Shown here piece after piece: positions 29,427-38,249 of a stretch of 64,000 nucleotides of DNA. Below the pieces are notes generated by a model. It ran no database searches and had not been told where the DNA came from. It saw only the letters and a program-made list of their open reading frames with translations. Position 1 is the stretch's first letter; every line of letters starts with the position of its first letter. The stretch covers positions 65,889 to 129,888 of the forward strand of contig JACQQV010000048.1 of the NCBI GenBank assembly GCA_016206785.1, written 5' to 3'. The stretch comes from Candidatus Omnitrophota bacterium. Lineage in GTDB: Bacteria > Omnitrophota > Gorgyraeia > JACQQV01. Made by a program: the position numbers and the translations under genes.

Positions 29427-29455
29427 TTGACGTACGCTTCTCGTCAAAGTACAAT
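29427..29455 (+). promoter_or_regulatory. sigma70 promoter of ECF sigma gene (leaderless type) with overlapping inverted repeat
   Basis: TTGACG-17 bp-TACAAT, 6 nt before GTG 29462; TTGACG-N9-CGTCAA palindrome. Confidence 0.7.
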
Positions 29456-29461
29456 GATCGA

Positions 29462-30070
29462 GTGAAGCGCAGCGCTCAGGAGCTCGTCCGGTTGTGTCTT
29501 AAGAAAGATTCCTTGGCCTGGGAAGAGTTTGTCAGGCGATTCTCAAACCTCATCTATTGGGCCATTGAACGTTCCTTCACAAGGTGCAAGTTTCCGTTCC
29601 ACCCCGAAGACCTCGAGGATGCCTTCCAACAGGTCTTTTCCTATTTGTGGGAAAAAGGTCTTAAGGATGCCGAAGGGGTGGACCGTCTCGAAGGGTGGCT
29701 CGTGATGGTGAGTTACCGGATCGCCATCGATACGGTGCGGAAGGAAGGGGCTTCGGCTCGGAGATCCATCTCTCTTGAAGGGCGCATGGGAACGGAAGGA
29801 GAAAAATCGTTAGCCGATCTTCTTCCGGGCAAAGAGAAAAATCCTCGGGAGCATGCAGAGGAAAAGTTATTTGAGGAATCTCTTCAGGAGATCCTTGGGC
29901 GATTGACGGAGAAAGAATCCTGCGTCCTTCGTCTCAACCTCATCGAGGAGAAGACCCACGCCGAGATCTCGGAGCTTCTTAAGATTCCGATAGGGACGAT
30001 TTCAAGTCTCATTCAGAGGACGAAGGAGAAGGTGGCAAAAGCTCTTAAAGGGCGTCTTGGGGGAAAATAA
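29462..30070 (+). CDS. ECF RNA polymerase sigma factor
   Basis: AWEEFV, EDAFQQVF (region 2); THAEISELLKIPIGTISS (region 4). Confidence 0.92.
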   Translation: MKRSAQELVRLCLKKDSLAWEEFVRRFSNLIYWAIERSFTRCKFPFHPEDLEDAFQQVFSYLWEKGLKDAEGVDRLEGWLVMVSYRIAIDTVRKEGASARRSISLEGRMGTEGEKSLADLLPGKEKNPREHAEEKLFEESLQEILGRLTEKESCVLRLNLIEEKTHAEISELLKIPIGTISSLIQRTKEKVAKALKGRLGGK

Positions 30071-30071
30071 A

Positions 30072-30593
30072 ATGTTTGATCCAGTTGAAGAGGTGTTAAA
30101 ACAGAGACTCGGAGAAGGGAAAACTCCTTTGCCCGCCCGAAGCGGGGATTGTCCTACAGAGAAAGAACTCTGGGACTACCTGAAGGGTTCATCCGGTCAA
30201 GAAGGGGGAGAGATCGCAGACCACCTCCTCCGTTGTGAGTTCTGTCTTCATGAGCTCCTTCTTGCGCAGGAGGTCCGGCCAGGGATAGGATTCGGCCCCG
30301 CTGAGGAAGTTTCCACCCCTCTTCTCGAAAAGGCAACCCACCTTGCGAAGAAGGGAAAAGCGAAAAAGTCGAAGATGAAAAAGTCTCTCTGGCTTTTTCT
30401 CTCCCTCTTTTTCATTGGCGCCTCTTTCTTTTTCCCACGCTATTTTTTACAATGTCTCACCTTAGGGATTCTCTTCGGCGTCAAGTGGATCTTTGATACG
30501 GCAACCACGAGGTCACTCATTGTGATGTACGAGGCATGGAAAGAGAAGAACCGAGGGTCGGATCGGAAAAAAGATTATAAAACGACGCAATAG
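30072..30593 (+). CDS. Zinc-finger (ZAS) anti-sigma factor, membrane-anchored
   Basis: CP...HLLRCEFC (HxxxCxxC) then two TM segments; directly after ECF sigma. Confidence 0.85.
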   Translation: MFDPVEEVLKQRLGEGKTPLPARSGDCPTEKELWDYLKGSSGQEGGEIADHLLRCEFCLHELLLAQEVRPGIGFGPAEEVSTPLLEKATHLAKKGKAKKSKMKKSLWLFLSLFFIGASFFFPRYFLQCLTLGILFGVKWIFDTATTRSLIVMYEAWKEKNRGSDRKKDYKTTQ

Positions 30594-30647
30594 TTTGATA
30601 TAGTCTATTGATTTTGAGCCCTCCGTAAGGTAAACTTTATACTTACA

Positions 30648-31901
30648 TTGCATCCCACACCCTTCTTTACAAGGCTTATTTCACTCCTTGGCTCGGCGTT
30701 CTTTATCTTTTCATCACTCCTCCCCGCTTCGGCTTTTAAGACCGACCTTTCCCATCTCAGACCCTCCGCTTCAACCGATAGGGGGATAAGAGGCCGACTT
30801 CATGAGGCCCTTCTTCGATCCGAGGAGGTGGTTTTTATTTTTTCTCGTCATGGTTCCAAAGGTTTTGATCGCATTCGTAAGAAGTTAGATAAAATACGCC
30901 TTCACGCGCAGCGGTCGGGGAAGAAAGTGATCCTTCTGCTTGAACAGGCGGGTCCCAGTCTTGATCTGACATTTCAACACCACCCAGAGCTTTCTGAATC
31001 TCTTCTTTCTAGAAATAAAAAAGATACGGTACTTTTAGAGAAAAGGTTTAAGCAGATCAAAGATCAGATTCGGACATTATATGAAAGGATTAAAAAAGGA
31101 GAAATTCCAGAGGATCTGAATGAGTTTCACAAACAGGTGGCGAAATATATCATTGAACATAAACTCGATTTCGTCCTTGAACTTGAAAACATAGACTTTG
31201 ACCTTTGGCAAATCGAGATGCTGAAAGAGGCCTTCGACAGAATCATCGTGCAAGAATTTTATGAAGGAGATGAGGAAACGTACCTTCCTTTACTTCTTAA
31301 AGAGGTCTCTTATGACAGAACAGGAGTCCTCCGTCGGGATGAAGCCTTGATACGCCAGATCGAGGAAATTCAATCCACGGTTCCTAACTCCATGGTGATC
31401 GCCTTGCGAGGTTCGTTGCATTCCAAAACGGGCATGGCTGAAGCATTAAGAGAAAAAGGGATCCCAGCGCGTTCCGTGATTCCAGGAGAACCCGCATCAT
31501 TACTTTTACTCGTCCCTCACGATGAGGTCACCATCAAACTCATTCAAGAAGACAGAGGTCCAACGGATAAGGAGATAGACCTTCTCCTCAAACAAATTCC
31601 ATTCGATCAACTTGGAATCATCCTTACCCTTCAGGATCCCTTTGCAAGGTTCAGTCTATTGCGTGGCATTGTGGATCGATTAAACCGAGAAGAAATCATA
31701 GAACTTTCCCACGCCCTTTCCCAGAACGGCGGCGTTGGGGCAGGGCCTCCCTTCATCTTTCACTGGTTACAGGAGAAGGACAAGATGACCCACGAGGAGG
31801 CCAAGGCGTTTGACCCCCGTTTATGGGAGAAGGGCAAGACCTCCCCGGATGGAGGAAGAAAAGAAAAGCCCTGGAGCCTCATCCCTCTTTACTACCCTTA
31901 A
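30648..31901 (+). CDS. Secreted hypothetical protein, probable EreA/ChaN/TraB-like fold
   Basis: Signal peptide ending ASA; ordered motifs FIFSRH, LLLEQ, RRDEAL, IALRGSLH; AT-richer than neighbours. Confidence 0.6.
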   Translation: MHPTPFFTRLISLLGSAFFIFSSLLPASAFKTDLSHLRPSASTDRGIRGRLHEALLRSEEVVFIFSRHGSKGFDRIRKKLDKIRLHAQRSGKKVILLLEQAGPSLDLTFQHHPELSESLLSRNKKDTVLLEKRFKQIKDQIRTLYERIKKGEIPEDLNEFHKQVAKYIIEHKLDFVLELENIDFDLWQIEMLKEAFDRIIVQEFYEGDEETYLPLLLKEVSYDRTGVLRRDEALIRQIEEIQSTVPNSMVIALRGSLHSKTGMAEALREKGIPARSVIPGEPASLLLLVPHDEVTIKLIQEDRGPTDKEIDLLLKQIPFDQLGIILTLQDPFARFSLLRGIVDRLNREEIIELSHALSQNGGVGAGPPFIFHWLQEKDKMTHEEAKAFDPRLWEKGKTSPDGGRKEKPWSLIPLYYP

Positions 31902-31970
31902 TCCTTCGCATCCCATCGAAATCCTTAGCCCTTTTGTTTGATAGGGTTATGAAGGGCCCTCAATTTTTTT

Positions 31971-31990
31971 AAAATTCTTGCAAGAATTTT
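31971..31990. promoter_or_regulatory. Perfect 20-bp palindrome upstream of spoVG (candidate operator)
   Basis: AAAATTCTTG|CAAGAATTTT. Confidence 0.5.
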
Positions 31991-32056
31991 CCTTTCTTTT
32001 ACGTCATGTACTTATAGGAGCCTTCAATTGGAGCATGGGGTTGAAAGGAGATTGCC

Positions 32057-32332
32057 ATGGAGAGTTTAGGGCTTGAGGTATTAAGGCTTCGCAAACTGGA
32101 TGGAGAAGGGAAGACAAGGGCCTTCTGCGACATTGCCATTTCCGGATCGATTCTTGTGAAAGGGCTCCGGGTCGTCTCCGGGAAGAACGGCCTTTTTGTT
32201 TCGATGCCCAGAGAACAGGGAAAGGATGGAAACTGGTACGAAACGGTAAGTCCTCTCAATGACGAGACGAGGGGCTCTTTAACAGAACTTGTCCTTCAGG
32301 CCTATCGGGACGCTGATGGAGAAAGAGTTTAA
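32057..32332 (+). CDS. spoVG: SpoVG family nucleic-acid-binding protein
   Basis: RAFCDI, VKGLRVV.GKNGLFVSMP; AAGGAG RBS. Confidence 0.92.
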   Translation: MESLGLEVLRLRKLDGEGKTRAFCDIAISGSILVKGLRVVSGKNGLFVSMPREQGKDGNWYETVSPLNDETRGSLTELVLQAYRDADGERV

Positions 32333-32696
32333 CTCGCGGAGGTCTCTGGGTAAGGCGGGAGAAATCCTTGCCCAGAGATTTCTTCAAGGGAAAGGATACA
32401 AGATCCTTGAGAAAAATTTCAGGTGCCGATTCGGAGAGATTGATCTTGTGGCCAAAGAAGGTGGAGAGATCGTTTTTATCGAGGTGAAAAGCCGGAATGG
32501 AACGGCTTTCGGATTTCCTGAGGAACAGATTCCTTGGAAAAAACGCAGAAGACTCATCCGCCTTGCGCAGTTTTACTTAAAGCGGCGCCGTAAGGAAGAA
32601 CCTACCCGGATCGATGTGGTTACACTCCTTCTCCATGAGGGAGGAGGAGTGCAACAGGTGGAACTCATTCAAAATGCTATTTCTCTCGGGGGGTAA
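32316..32696 (+). CDS. yraN: YraN family endonuclease-like protein
   Basis: G.AGE.LA..FL..KGY, NFRCRFGEIDLV, VFIEVKSR. Confidence 0.93.
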   Translation: MEKEFNSRRSLGKAGEILAQRFLQGKGYKILEKNFRCRFGEIDLVAKEGGEIVFIEVKSRNGTAFGFPEEQIPWKKRRRLIRLAQFYLKRRRKEEPTRIDVVTLLLHEGGGVQQVELIQNAISLGG

Positions 32697-32699
32697 GAG

Positions 32700-34241
32700 A
32701 TGTTGGCGAAGGTTGCCTCGGTGGGGGTCCTGGGGATAGAAGGATATTCGGTTGAGGTGGAGGTTGATCTTTCAAACGGTCTCCCCGGCTTCTCCATCGT
32801 CGGTCTTCCCGATTTGGCGGTTAAAGAAAGTGTCGATCGCGTTAAGAGCGCCATTAAAAACTCAGGTTTTGAGTTTCCGAGAAAAAAGATCACGGTGAAT
32901 CTTGCCCCGTGCGACATCCGAAAGGAAGGGCCTTCTTTTGATCTTCCGATCGCTCTCGGGATTCTTCAGGCGACCGGACAACTGGAGTCCGCTTCCCTTC
33001 ATGAGATGATTTGCTGTGGTGAGCTTTCCCTGGATGGAACCCTCCGTCCAATTTCGGGAATTTTGCCACGGTCGGTGGAAGTGGGAAAGCGCCTCGGAAG
33101 AAGATTTGTTGTTCCTCGGGGGAACGCCTTTGAAGCAGCAATCGTGCAGAGGGTTTCTGTCTATGCCATGAAAACGCTTATGGAAACGGTCCGTTTTCTA
33201 AGAGGTGAACTTGAGAGGGAGAAGATCCGGATCGATGTTCAAAGGATGTGGCGGGAGAACGGGCATGAAGAGTTTGATTTTCGGGACGTCAAAGGACAAT
33301 CTCATGCCAAAAGAGCCCTTGAGATCGCGGCAGCCGGGGGTCACAATGTTCTCCTCATCGGTCCCCCGGGAGGGGGGAAGACGATGTTGGCCAAAAGGTT
33401 TTCAACGATTCTCTCCCCCCTTACCTTGGAAGAGGCTATTGAGAGCACAAAGATTCATAGCGTTGCAGGGTATCTTACGAGCAAAAGGCATTTTGTGGCG
33501 GCTCGCCCTTTTCGATCTCCGCATCATACGATCTCCGATGCGGGACTCATTGGTGGAACCGCACACCCAAAACCGGGAGAAGTAAGTCTTGCCCATCATG
33601 GCGTTCTCTTTTTGGATGAACTTCCTGAATTTAAGCGGAATGTCTTGGAAACCCTTCGTCAGCCTCTTGAGGATGGGCATGTCACGATCTCCCGCGCCGA
33701 AACTTCTTTAACCTATCCTGCCCGTTTTATCCTCGTTTGTGCCATGAACCCCTGCCCCTGCGGATATCTCACCGATCCGAGAAAGGAATGCCGCTGCAGT
33801 TCCTACCAGATTGAAAAATATTATTCCCGCATCTCCGGTCCCCTCATCGACCGGATCGATATTCACCTGGAGGTCCCTCCCTTGAAATATGAAGAGATGA
33901 CGCAAGGAGGTGAGGGGGAGGATTCCAAGGCGATCCGCGAGAGGGTCCATCGCGCACGAGGAGTTCAGAAGAGAAGATATGAAGGTAAGGCACCGGAATT
34001 CTGCAACGCCATTCTCGGCCCGAAAGAAATGGTGCGCTACTGCGCTTTGTCGCGGTCGGGGAAGGAACTTTTACGTGTCGCGATCCAAGAGCTGGGCTTA
34101 AGCATGCGTGCCTATGACCGTATCTTAAAAGTGGCAAGAACGATTGCGGACCTTGAGGGCGAAGAAAACATCCAATCCTCTCACATTTCAGAGGCGCTCG
34201 GATACCGGAGCCTCGATCGCACCTTTAGAAGATTTCCTTAA
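32700..34241 (+). CDS. comM: YifB/ComM Mg-chelatase-like AAA+ ATPase
   Basis: IVGLPD, NLAP, GPPGGGKT, PFRSPHHT, GEVSLAHHGVLFLDELPEF, MNPCPCG. Confidence 0.95.
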   Translation: MLAKVASVGVLGIEGYSVEVEVDLSNGLPGFSIVGLPDLAVKESVDRVKSAIKNSGFEFPRKKITVNLAPCDIRKEGPSFDLPIALGILQATGQLESASLHEMICCGELSLDGTLRPISGILPRSVEVGKRLGRRFVVPRGNAFEAAIVQRVSVYAMKTLMETVRFLRGELEREKIRIDVQRMWRENGHEEFDFRDVKGQSHAKRALEIAAAGGHNVLLIGPPGGGKTMLAKRFSTILSPLTLEEAIESTKIHSVAGYLTSKRHFVAARPFRSPHHTISDAGLIGGTAHPKPGEVSLAHHGVLFLDELPEFKRNVLETLRQPLEDGHVTISRAETSLTYPARFILVCAMNPCPCGYLTDPRKECRCSSYQIEKYYSRISGPLIDRIDIHLEVPPLKYEEMTQGGEGEDSKAIRERVHRARGVQKRRYEGKAPEFCNAILGPKEMVRYCALSRSGKELLRVAIQELGLSMRAYDRILKVARTIADLEGEENIQSSHISEALGYRSLDRTFRRFP

Positions 34242-34325
34242 CGAGAATATTTTCCCGCCGTCTGACTCATGTTATAATGGTTCACTCATTACGCGAGCTT
34301 CGGCAAATGATCTTCTTGAAATCCC

Positions 34326-34354
34326 TTGACACTTAGGAGGGGAAGTTTTAGGAT
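34326..34354 (+). promoter_or_regulatory. sigma70 promoter of flavin reductase gene
   Basis: TTGACA-17 bp-TAGGAT. Confidence 0.65.
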
Positions 34355-34374
34355 GAAAACGAAAGGGAAAAAAG

Positions 34375-34851
34375 ATGGATGAACGGGTAAAAAAGAAAGT
34401 CCTCCAGATGTTCACCTACGGACTCTATGTGATTGGGGTCAGGGACAATAGTACAGTGCATGCCTTTACCGGCACCTGGTTAAGTCAGGCCTCTTTCAGG
34501 CCCCCCCTTGTGATGTTGGGTGTTTCGGGAGAGGGGCGTTCCGCACAGATGATTCAAGAAAGCCGTGTCTTTAGTGTGAGTATTTTAGGGACAGGCCAAA
34601 AGGAGATTGCACAGAGTTTCTTCAAATGTCCCGAACCGAAGAATGGCAAATTTGGAGAACTTTCATTCCAAAAAGGGGCGAATGGTTGTCCGATCCTCAC
34701 AGAGGCCCCAGCTTTTTTAGAATGCAACGTGGTGGAAACGGTGGAAAGGGGAGATCATCTTGTGGTGATCGGGGAAGTGGTTGAGGCGGGGGTTCAAAAA
34801 GAGGTGGCCCCTTTGGCCCTTTCAGAAACTCCCTGGAAATACGGCGGCTGA
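34375..34851 (+). CDS. Flavin reductase-like protein
   Basis: YGLYVI, WLSQASFRPPLV, GCPIL, GDH, WKYGG. Confidence 0.92.
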   Translation: MDERVKKKVLQMFTYGLYVIGVRDNSTVHAFTGTWLSQASFRPPLVMLGVSGEGRSAQMIQESRVFSVSILGTGQKEIAQSFFKCPEPKNGKFGELSFQKGANGCPILTEAPAFLECNVVETVERGDHLVVIGEVVEAGVQKEVAPLALSETPWKYGG

Positions 34852-34906
34852 CTTCATCCTTTCGTATCGTCCCATTATAATACGCGATAAGCAATAAGCC
34901 CATTTC

Positions 34907-34933
34907 GCCCTATCGAGAGGTAGGGCTTTTTGT
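34907..34933 (+). terminator. Intrinsic terminator after flavin reductase
   Basis: gccctat-cgagag-gtagggc followed by TTTTTGTT. Confidence 0.6.
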
Positions 34934-34947
34934 TAGAATAAAGGGGT

Positions 34948-36258
34948 ATGGAAAAGAAAGAGACCGCTACACACATCGTTAAAATTTTAAGAGACCGAGG
35001 ATTCGAAGCGTACTGGACGGGAGGATCGGTTCGCGATAGCCTGATGGGGCAATCTCCCAAAGATTATGACATCGCCACAAACGCCAAGCCGGATGAGGTC
35101 AAAAAGCTTTTTCCAAAAACGGTTCCGGTGGGGGAAAAATTTGGGGTCCTTCTCGTTGTCCTGGAAGGTCAGAATTTTGAAGTGGCCACCTTCCGGACCG
35201 AAGGGGTTTACTCGGATGGGCGGCGGCCCGATTCGGTCACTTTTTCAAACGCCAAAGAAGATGCTCTCCGTCGAGACTTTACGATCAACGGTCTTTTCTA
35301 CGACCCTCTCTCAGGGAAACTATTGGATTATGTTGAGGGAGAAAAGGACATTCAGGCGAAGCGGATTCGGACCATTGGAAACCCTGAAGAGCGTTTTCGG
35401 GAAGACAAACTTCGGCTGCTTCGGGCGATCCGATTTGCCAGTAATCTCTCTTTTGAAATCGAGCCAGAAACGTTTCGGACGATTCAACGACTTGCACCGG
35501 AGATCAAAGGGGTTAGCCCAGAGCGTATTCGGGAGGAGCTCGTTAAAATTTTTACTCGGGCCGGGGCCGGTCGGGGACTTGGGCTTTTAAGTGAGAGCCG
35601 GCTTCTTAAGGAGATTTTGCCTGAGGTTGAGGCCATGAAAGGGGTCGACCAACCCAGGGAGTTTCATCCGGAGGGGGATGTGTTTATCCATACGAAGCTC
35701 ATGCTGGATAAACTCGATCATCCGTCGGTTACCCTTGCTTTTTCCTGTCTTCTCCATGATGTCGGAAAACCCCTCACCTACGAAGTCACCGATCGAATCC
35801 GGTTTAACCAGCATCCAGAAGTAGGAGCGGAGCTTTCTGAGAAAATCCTTGCCCGCCTCCGCTTTTCAAATGAAGAGAAAGAACGGATCATCGCGTGCGT
35901 TCAAAATCATATGCGTTTTAAAGAGGTGCAAAAGATGCGGCCCGGGAAACTGAAAGGACTTCTTCAGCGGGAAACCTTTCTTGAGGAACTCGAACTTCAC
36001 CGCATCGATTGCCTCTCAAGCCATGGCATTCTGGAGAACTGGGAATTCTTAAGAAAAAAGCTGGGGGAGTTTAGCGAGGAAGATATCAAACCCAAACCGT
36101 TCCTCCGGGGGGACGATCTCCTTACCCTCGGTTTTACCCAAGGGCCCCTTCTTGGAAAAATTCTTACGGAACTGAACGACCTTCAACTGGAGGGGACGGT
36201 CGCCTCTAAAGAGGAAGCACTCGCCTGGGTCCTTACCCACTACCCAACCCCTTCGTAA
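34948..36258 (+). CDS. cca: CCA tRNA nucleotidyltransferase with HD domain
   Basis: GGSVRD, DYDIAT, RRDFTIN, EDKLRLLRAIRF, HPEGDV..HT, LLHDVGKP. Confidence 0.92.
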   Translation: MEKKETATHIVKILRDRGFEAYWTGGSVRDSLMGQSPKDYDIATNAKPDEVKKLFPKTVPVGEKFGVLLVVLEGQNFEVATFRTEGVYSDGRRPDSVTFSNAKEDALRRDFTINGLFYDPLSGKLLDYVEGEKDIQAKRIRTIGNPEERFREDKLRLLRAIRFASNLSFEIEPETFRTIQRLAPEIKGVSPERIREELVKIFTRAGAGRGLGLLSESRLLKEILPEVEAMKGVDQPREFHPEGDVFIHTKLMLDKLDHPSVTLAFSCLLHDVGKPLTYEVTDRIRFNQHPEVGAELSEKILARLRFSNEEKERIIACVQNHMRFKEVQKMRPGKLKGLLQRETFLEELELHRIDCLSSHGILENWEFLRKKLGEFSEEDIKPKPFLRGDDLLTLGFTQGPLLGKILTELNDLQLEGTVASKEEALAWVLTHYPTPS

Positions 36259-36263
36259 GTTTT

Positions 36264-36284
36264 CCTGCCTCGCCGGCAGGCGGG
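36264..36284. repeat. Short REP-like palindrome
   Basis: cctgcct-cgccggc-aggcggg just after the cca stop. Confidence 0.6.
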
Positions 36285-36295
36285 CCCTTTTATTC

Positions 36296-36324
36296 TTGAA
36301 AAATAACCCCCTCTGTGATATAAT
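36296..36324 (+). promoter_or_regulatory. sigma70 promoter of moxR/bat operon
   Basis: TTGAAA-17 bp-TATAAT; AAGGAGG RBS before 36382. Confidence 0.75.
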
Positions 36325-36381
36325 GTAACTATTGATAAAATCGGAAGTTGTGTGTAGTATCGGCCACCCAAGGAGGAATTC

Positions 36382-37368
36382 ATGGTGCAGGATTTGAAGG
36401 CTCTGAATGAGAGGATTAAACAAGAAAGTGAGTTTATTCCCCCTTTAATTTCTGAGATCGGGAAGGTGATCGTCGGGCAAAAGTACATGATTGAAAGACT
36501 CCTCATCGGCCTTTTGGCCAATGGACATATCCTCCTCGAGGGGGTGCCGGGTCTCGCCAAAACCGCTTCTGTCAAGACACTCGCCCAAACGATCGACACG
36601 AAATTTCAGAGGATCCAGTTTACGCCGGATCTTCTCCCCGCAGACCTTATCGGAACACTCATTTATAATCCCAAGGAGGGGAACTTTCTCACCAAAAAAG
36701 GTCCTCTCTTTGCCAATATTATCCTCGCCGATGAGATTAACCGCGCCCCGGCCAAAGTTCAAAGTGCTCTTCTTGAAGCGATGCAGGAGCGGCAGGTGAC
36801 TATTGGCGAGAACACTTTTAAACTGGACGATCCTTTTTTGGTCCTCGCCACCCAGAACCCGATCGAACAGGAGGGAACGTATAACCTTCCGGAAGCCCAG
36901 GTGGACCGGTTTATGTTGAAACTAAAGATCACCTATCCCGCGAAAGACGAGGAGAAGATGATTATGGAGCGGATGGCGGGTGGGCCGCCGATCACGGTAA
37001 ATAAAATCATTTCACCGCAGAAACTCATTCAGGCCCGTGAAGTGGTCAATCAGATTTATGTGGATGACAAGATCAAAGATTATATTGTTGAACTTGTGAT
37101 AGCGAGCCGAAATCCTGAGGCGTATCATCTCGACCTTAAAGGATTTATCCTCTACGGGGCCTCTCCTCGCGCTACCATCAACCTCAACATGGCCGCGAAG
37201 GCCCACGCCTTTTTAAATCGAAGGGGGTACGTGATCCCCGAAGACATCAAGGCGATCGGGTTGGATGTCCTTCGCCATCGGATCCTTGTGACCTACGAGG
37301 CCGAGGCGGAAGAGGTCACTTCTGAGGATATCGTTCAAAAACTCTTCCAAGGCGTTCCGGTTCCATGA
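36382..37368 (+). CDS. moxR: MoxR family AAA+ ATPase
   Basis: LEGVPGLAKT, RIQFTPDLLPAD, DEINRAPAKVQSALLE, ATQNPIEQEGTY, GASPR. Confidence 0.97.
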   Translation: MVQDLKALNERIKQESEFIPPLISEIGKVIVGQKYMIERLLIGLLANGHILLEGVPGLAKTASVKTLAQTIDTKFQRIQFTPDLLPADLIGTLIYNPKEGNFLTKKGPLFANIILADEINRAPAKVQSALLEAMQERQVTIGENTFKLDDPFLVLATQNPIEQEGTYNLPEAQVDRFMLKLKITYPAKDEEKMIMERMAGGPPITVNKIISPQKLIQAREVVNQIYVDDKIKDYIVELVIASRNPEAYHLDLKGFILYGASPRATINLNMAAKAHAFLNRRGYVIPEDIKAIGLDVLRHRILVTYEAEAEEVTSEDIVQKLFQGVPVP

Positions 37369-38240
37369 TCCCGGAGGAATTCTTCAGTCATATCCGCCGG
37401 CTCGAGATTACCACAAAGCGTCTGGTGACCGATCTTTTTGCCGGCGAATACGAAAGCATTTTTAAGGGAAGGGGGATTGAATTTAGTGAGGTACGGGAGT
37501 ACCAGATCGGCGATGACATCCGGACGATCGACTGGAATGTGACGGCGCGGATGAACCGCGTTCACACCAAGCGGTTCGTGGAGGAGAGGGAACTCACCAT
37601 CATGTTTCTCGTCGACTTGAGCGCTTCGAGCTCCTTCGGAAGTTCGGATAAGACAAAGAGGGAATTTGCTTCTGAAGTGGCTGCCCTTCTTGCCTATTCG
37701 GCGTTTCTAAACCAGGATAAGATCGGCATGCTCCTTTTTACAGACCGCGTCGAGAAGTTTCTCCCCCCCAAGAAAAGGCGCGTGCATTTTTTGGAGATGA
37801 TTCGCGATTTCCTTTATTTTTCACCAAAGGGCAAAAAGACCGACCTTAAACTGGCGCTCAACACTTTAAATCGTGTGATTTCCCGTCGATGCGTCGTGTT
37901 TATTATTTCCGATTTTCTCTCAGAAGATTACTGGCATCTCCTTCAGACAACTCATAAGCGGCATGACACCATCTGCGTGGTCGTCCAGGATCATCGGGAA
38001 CTGGTGATCCCTCGCGTCGGTCTTGTCGAATTTGAGGATGCGGAAACAGGGGAGGTCCAACTTGTGAATACACGAGAACTCTCCTTCGCCAACTCCTTCG
38101 AAAGAAAATCAAGGGAACGACACGCAGAGCTTTTTGGAAAATTCAGTTCCATCGGAATCGATGCAATTCCAATTATCGTTGGAGAGCCCTATATCCAGCC
38201 TTTGATGAAGTTTTTCCGAGACCGTCAGAGAAGAAGATAG
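37365..38240 (+). CDS. DUF58 domain protein
   Basis: G.Y.S.FKG.GIEF.EVREY..GDD.R.IDWNVTAR, EERE, DLSAS, ISDF. Confidence 0.95.
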   Translation: MIPEEFFSHIRRLEITTKRLVTDLFAGEYESIFKGRGIEFSEVREYQIGDDIRTIDWNVTARMNRVHTKRFVEERELTIMFLVDLSASSSFGSSDKTKREFASEVAALLAYSAFLNQDKIGMLLFTDRVEKFLPPKKRRVHFLEMIRDFLYFSPKGKKTDLKLALNTLNRVISRRCVVFIISDFLSEDYWHLLQTTHKRHDTICVVVQDHRELVIPRVGLVEFEDAETGEVQLVNTRELSFANSFERKSRERHAELFGKFSSIGIDAIPIIVGEPYIQPLMKFFRDRQRRR

Positions 38241-38249
38241 GGAGGTTGC

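Noticed and set aside
30593-31945. GTTTGATA direct repeats flanking the 417-aa gene as a target-site duplication
   Set aside because: Only 8 bp in AT-rich DNA, with no integrase, transposase or terminal inverted repeats.
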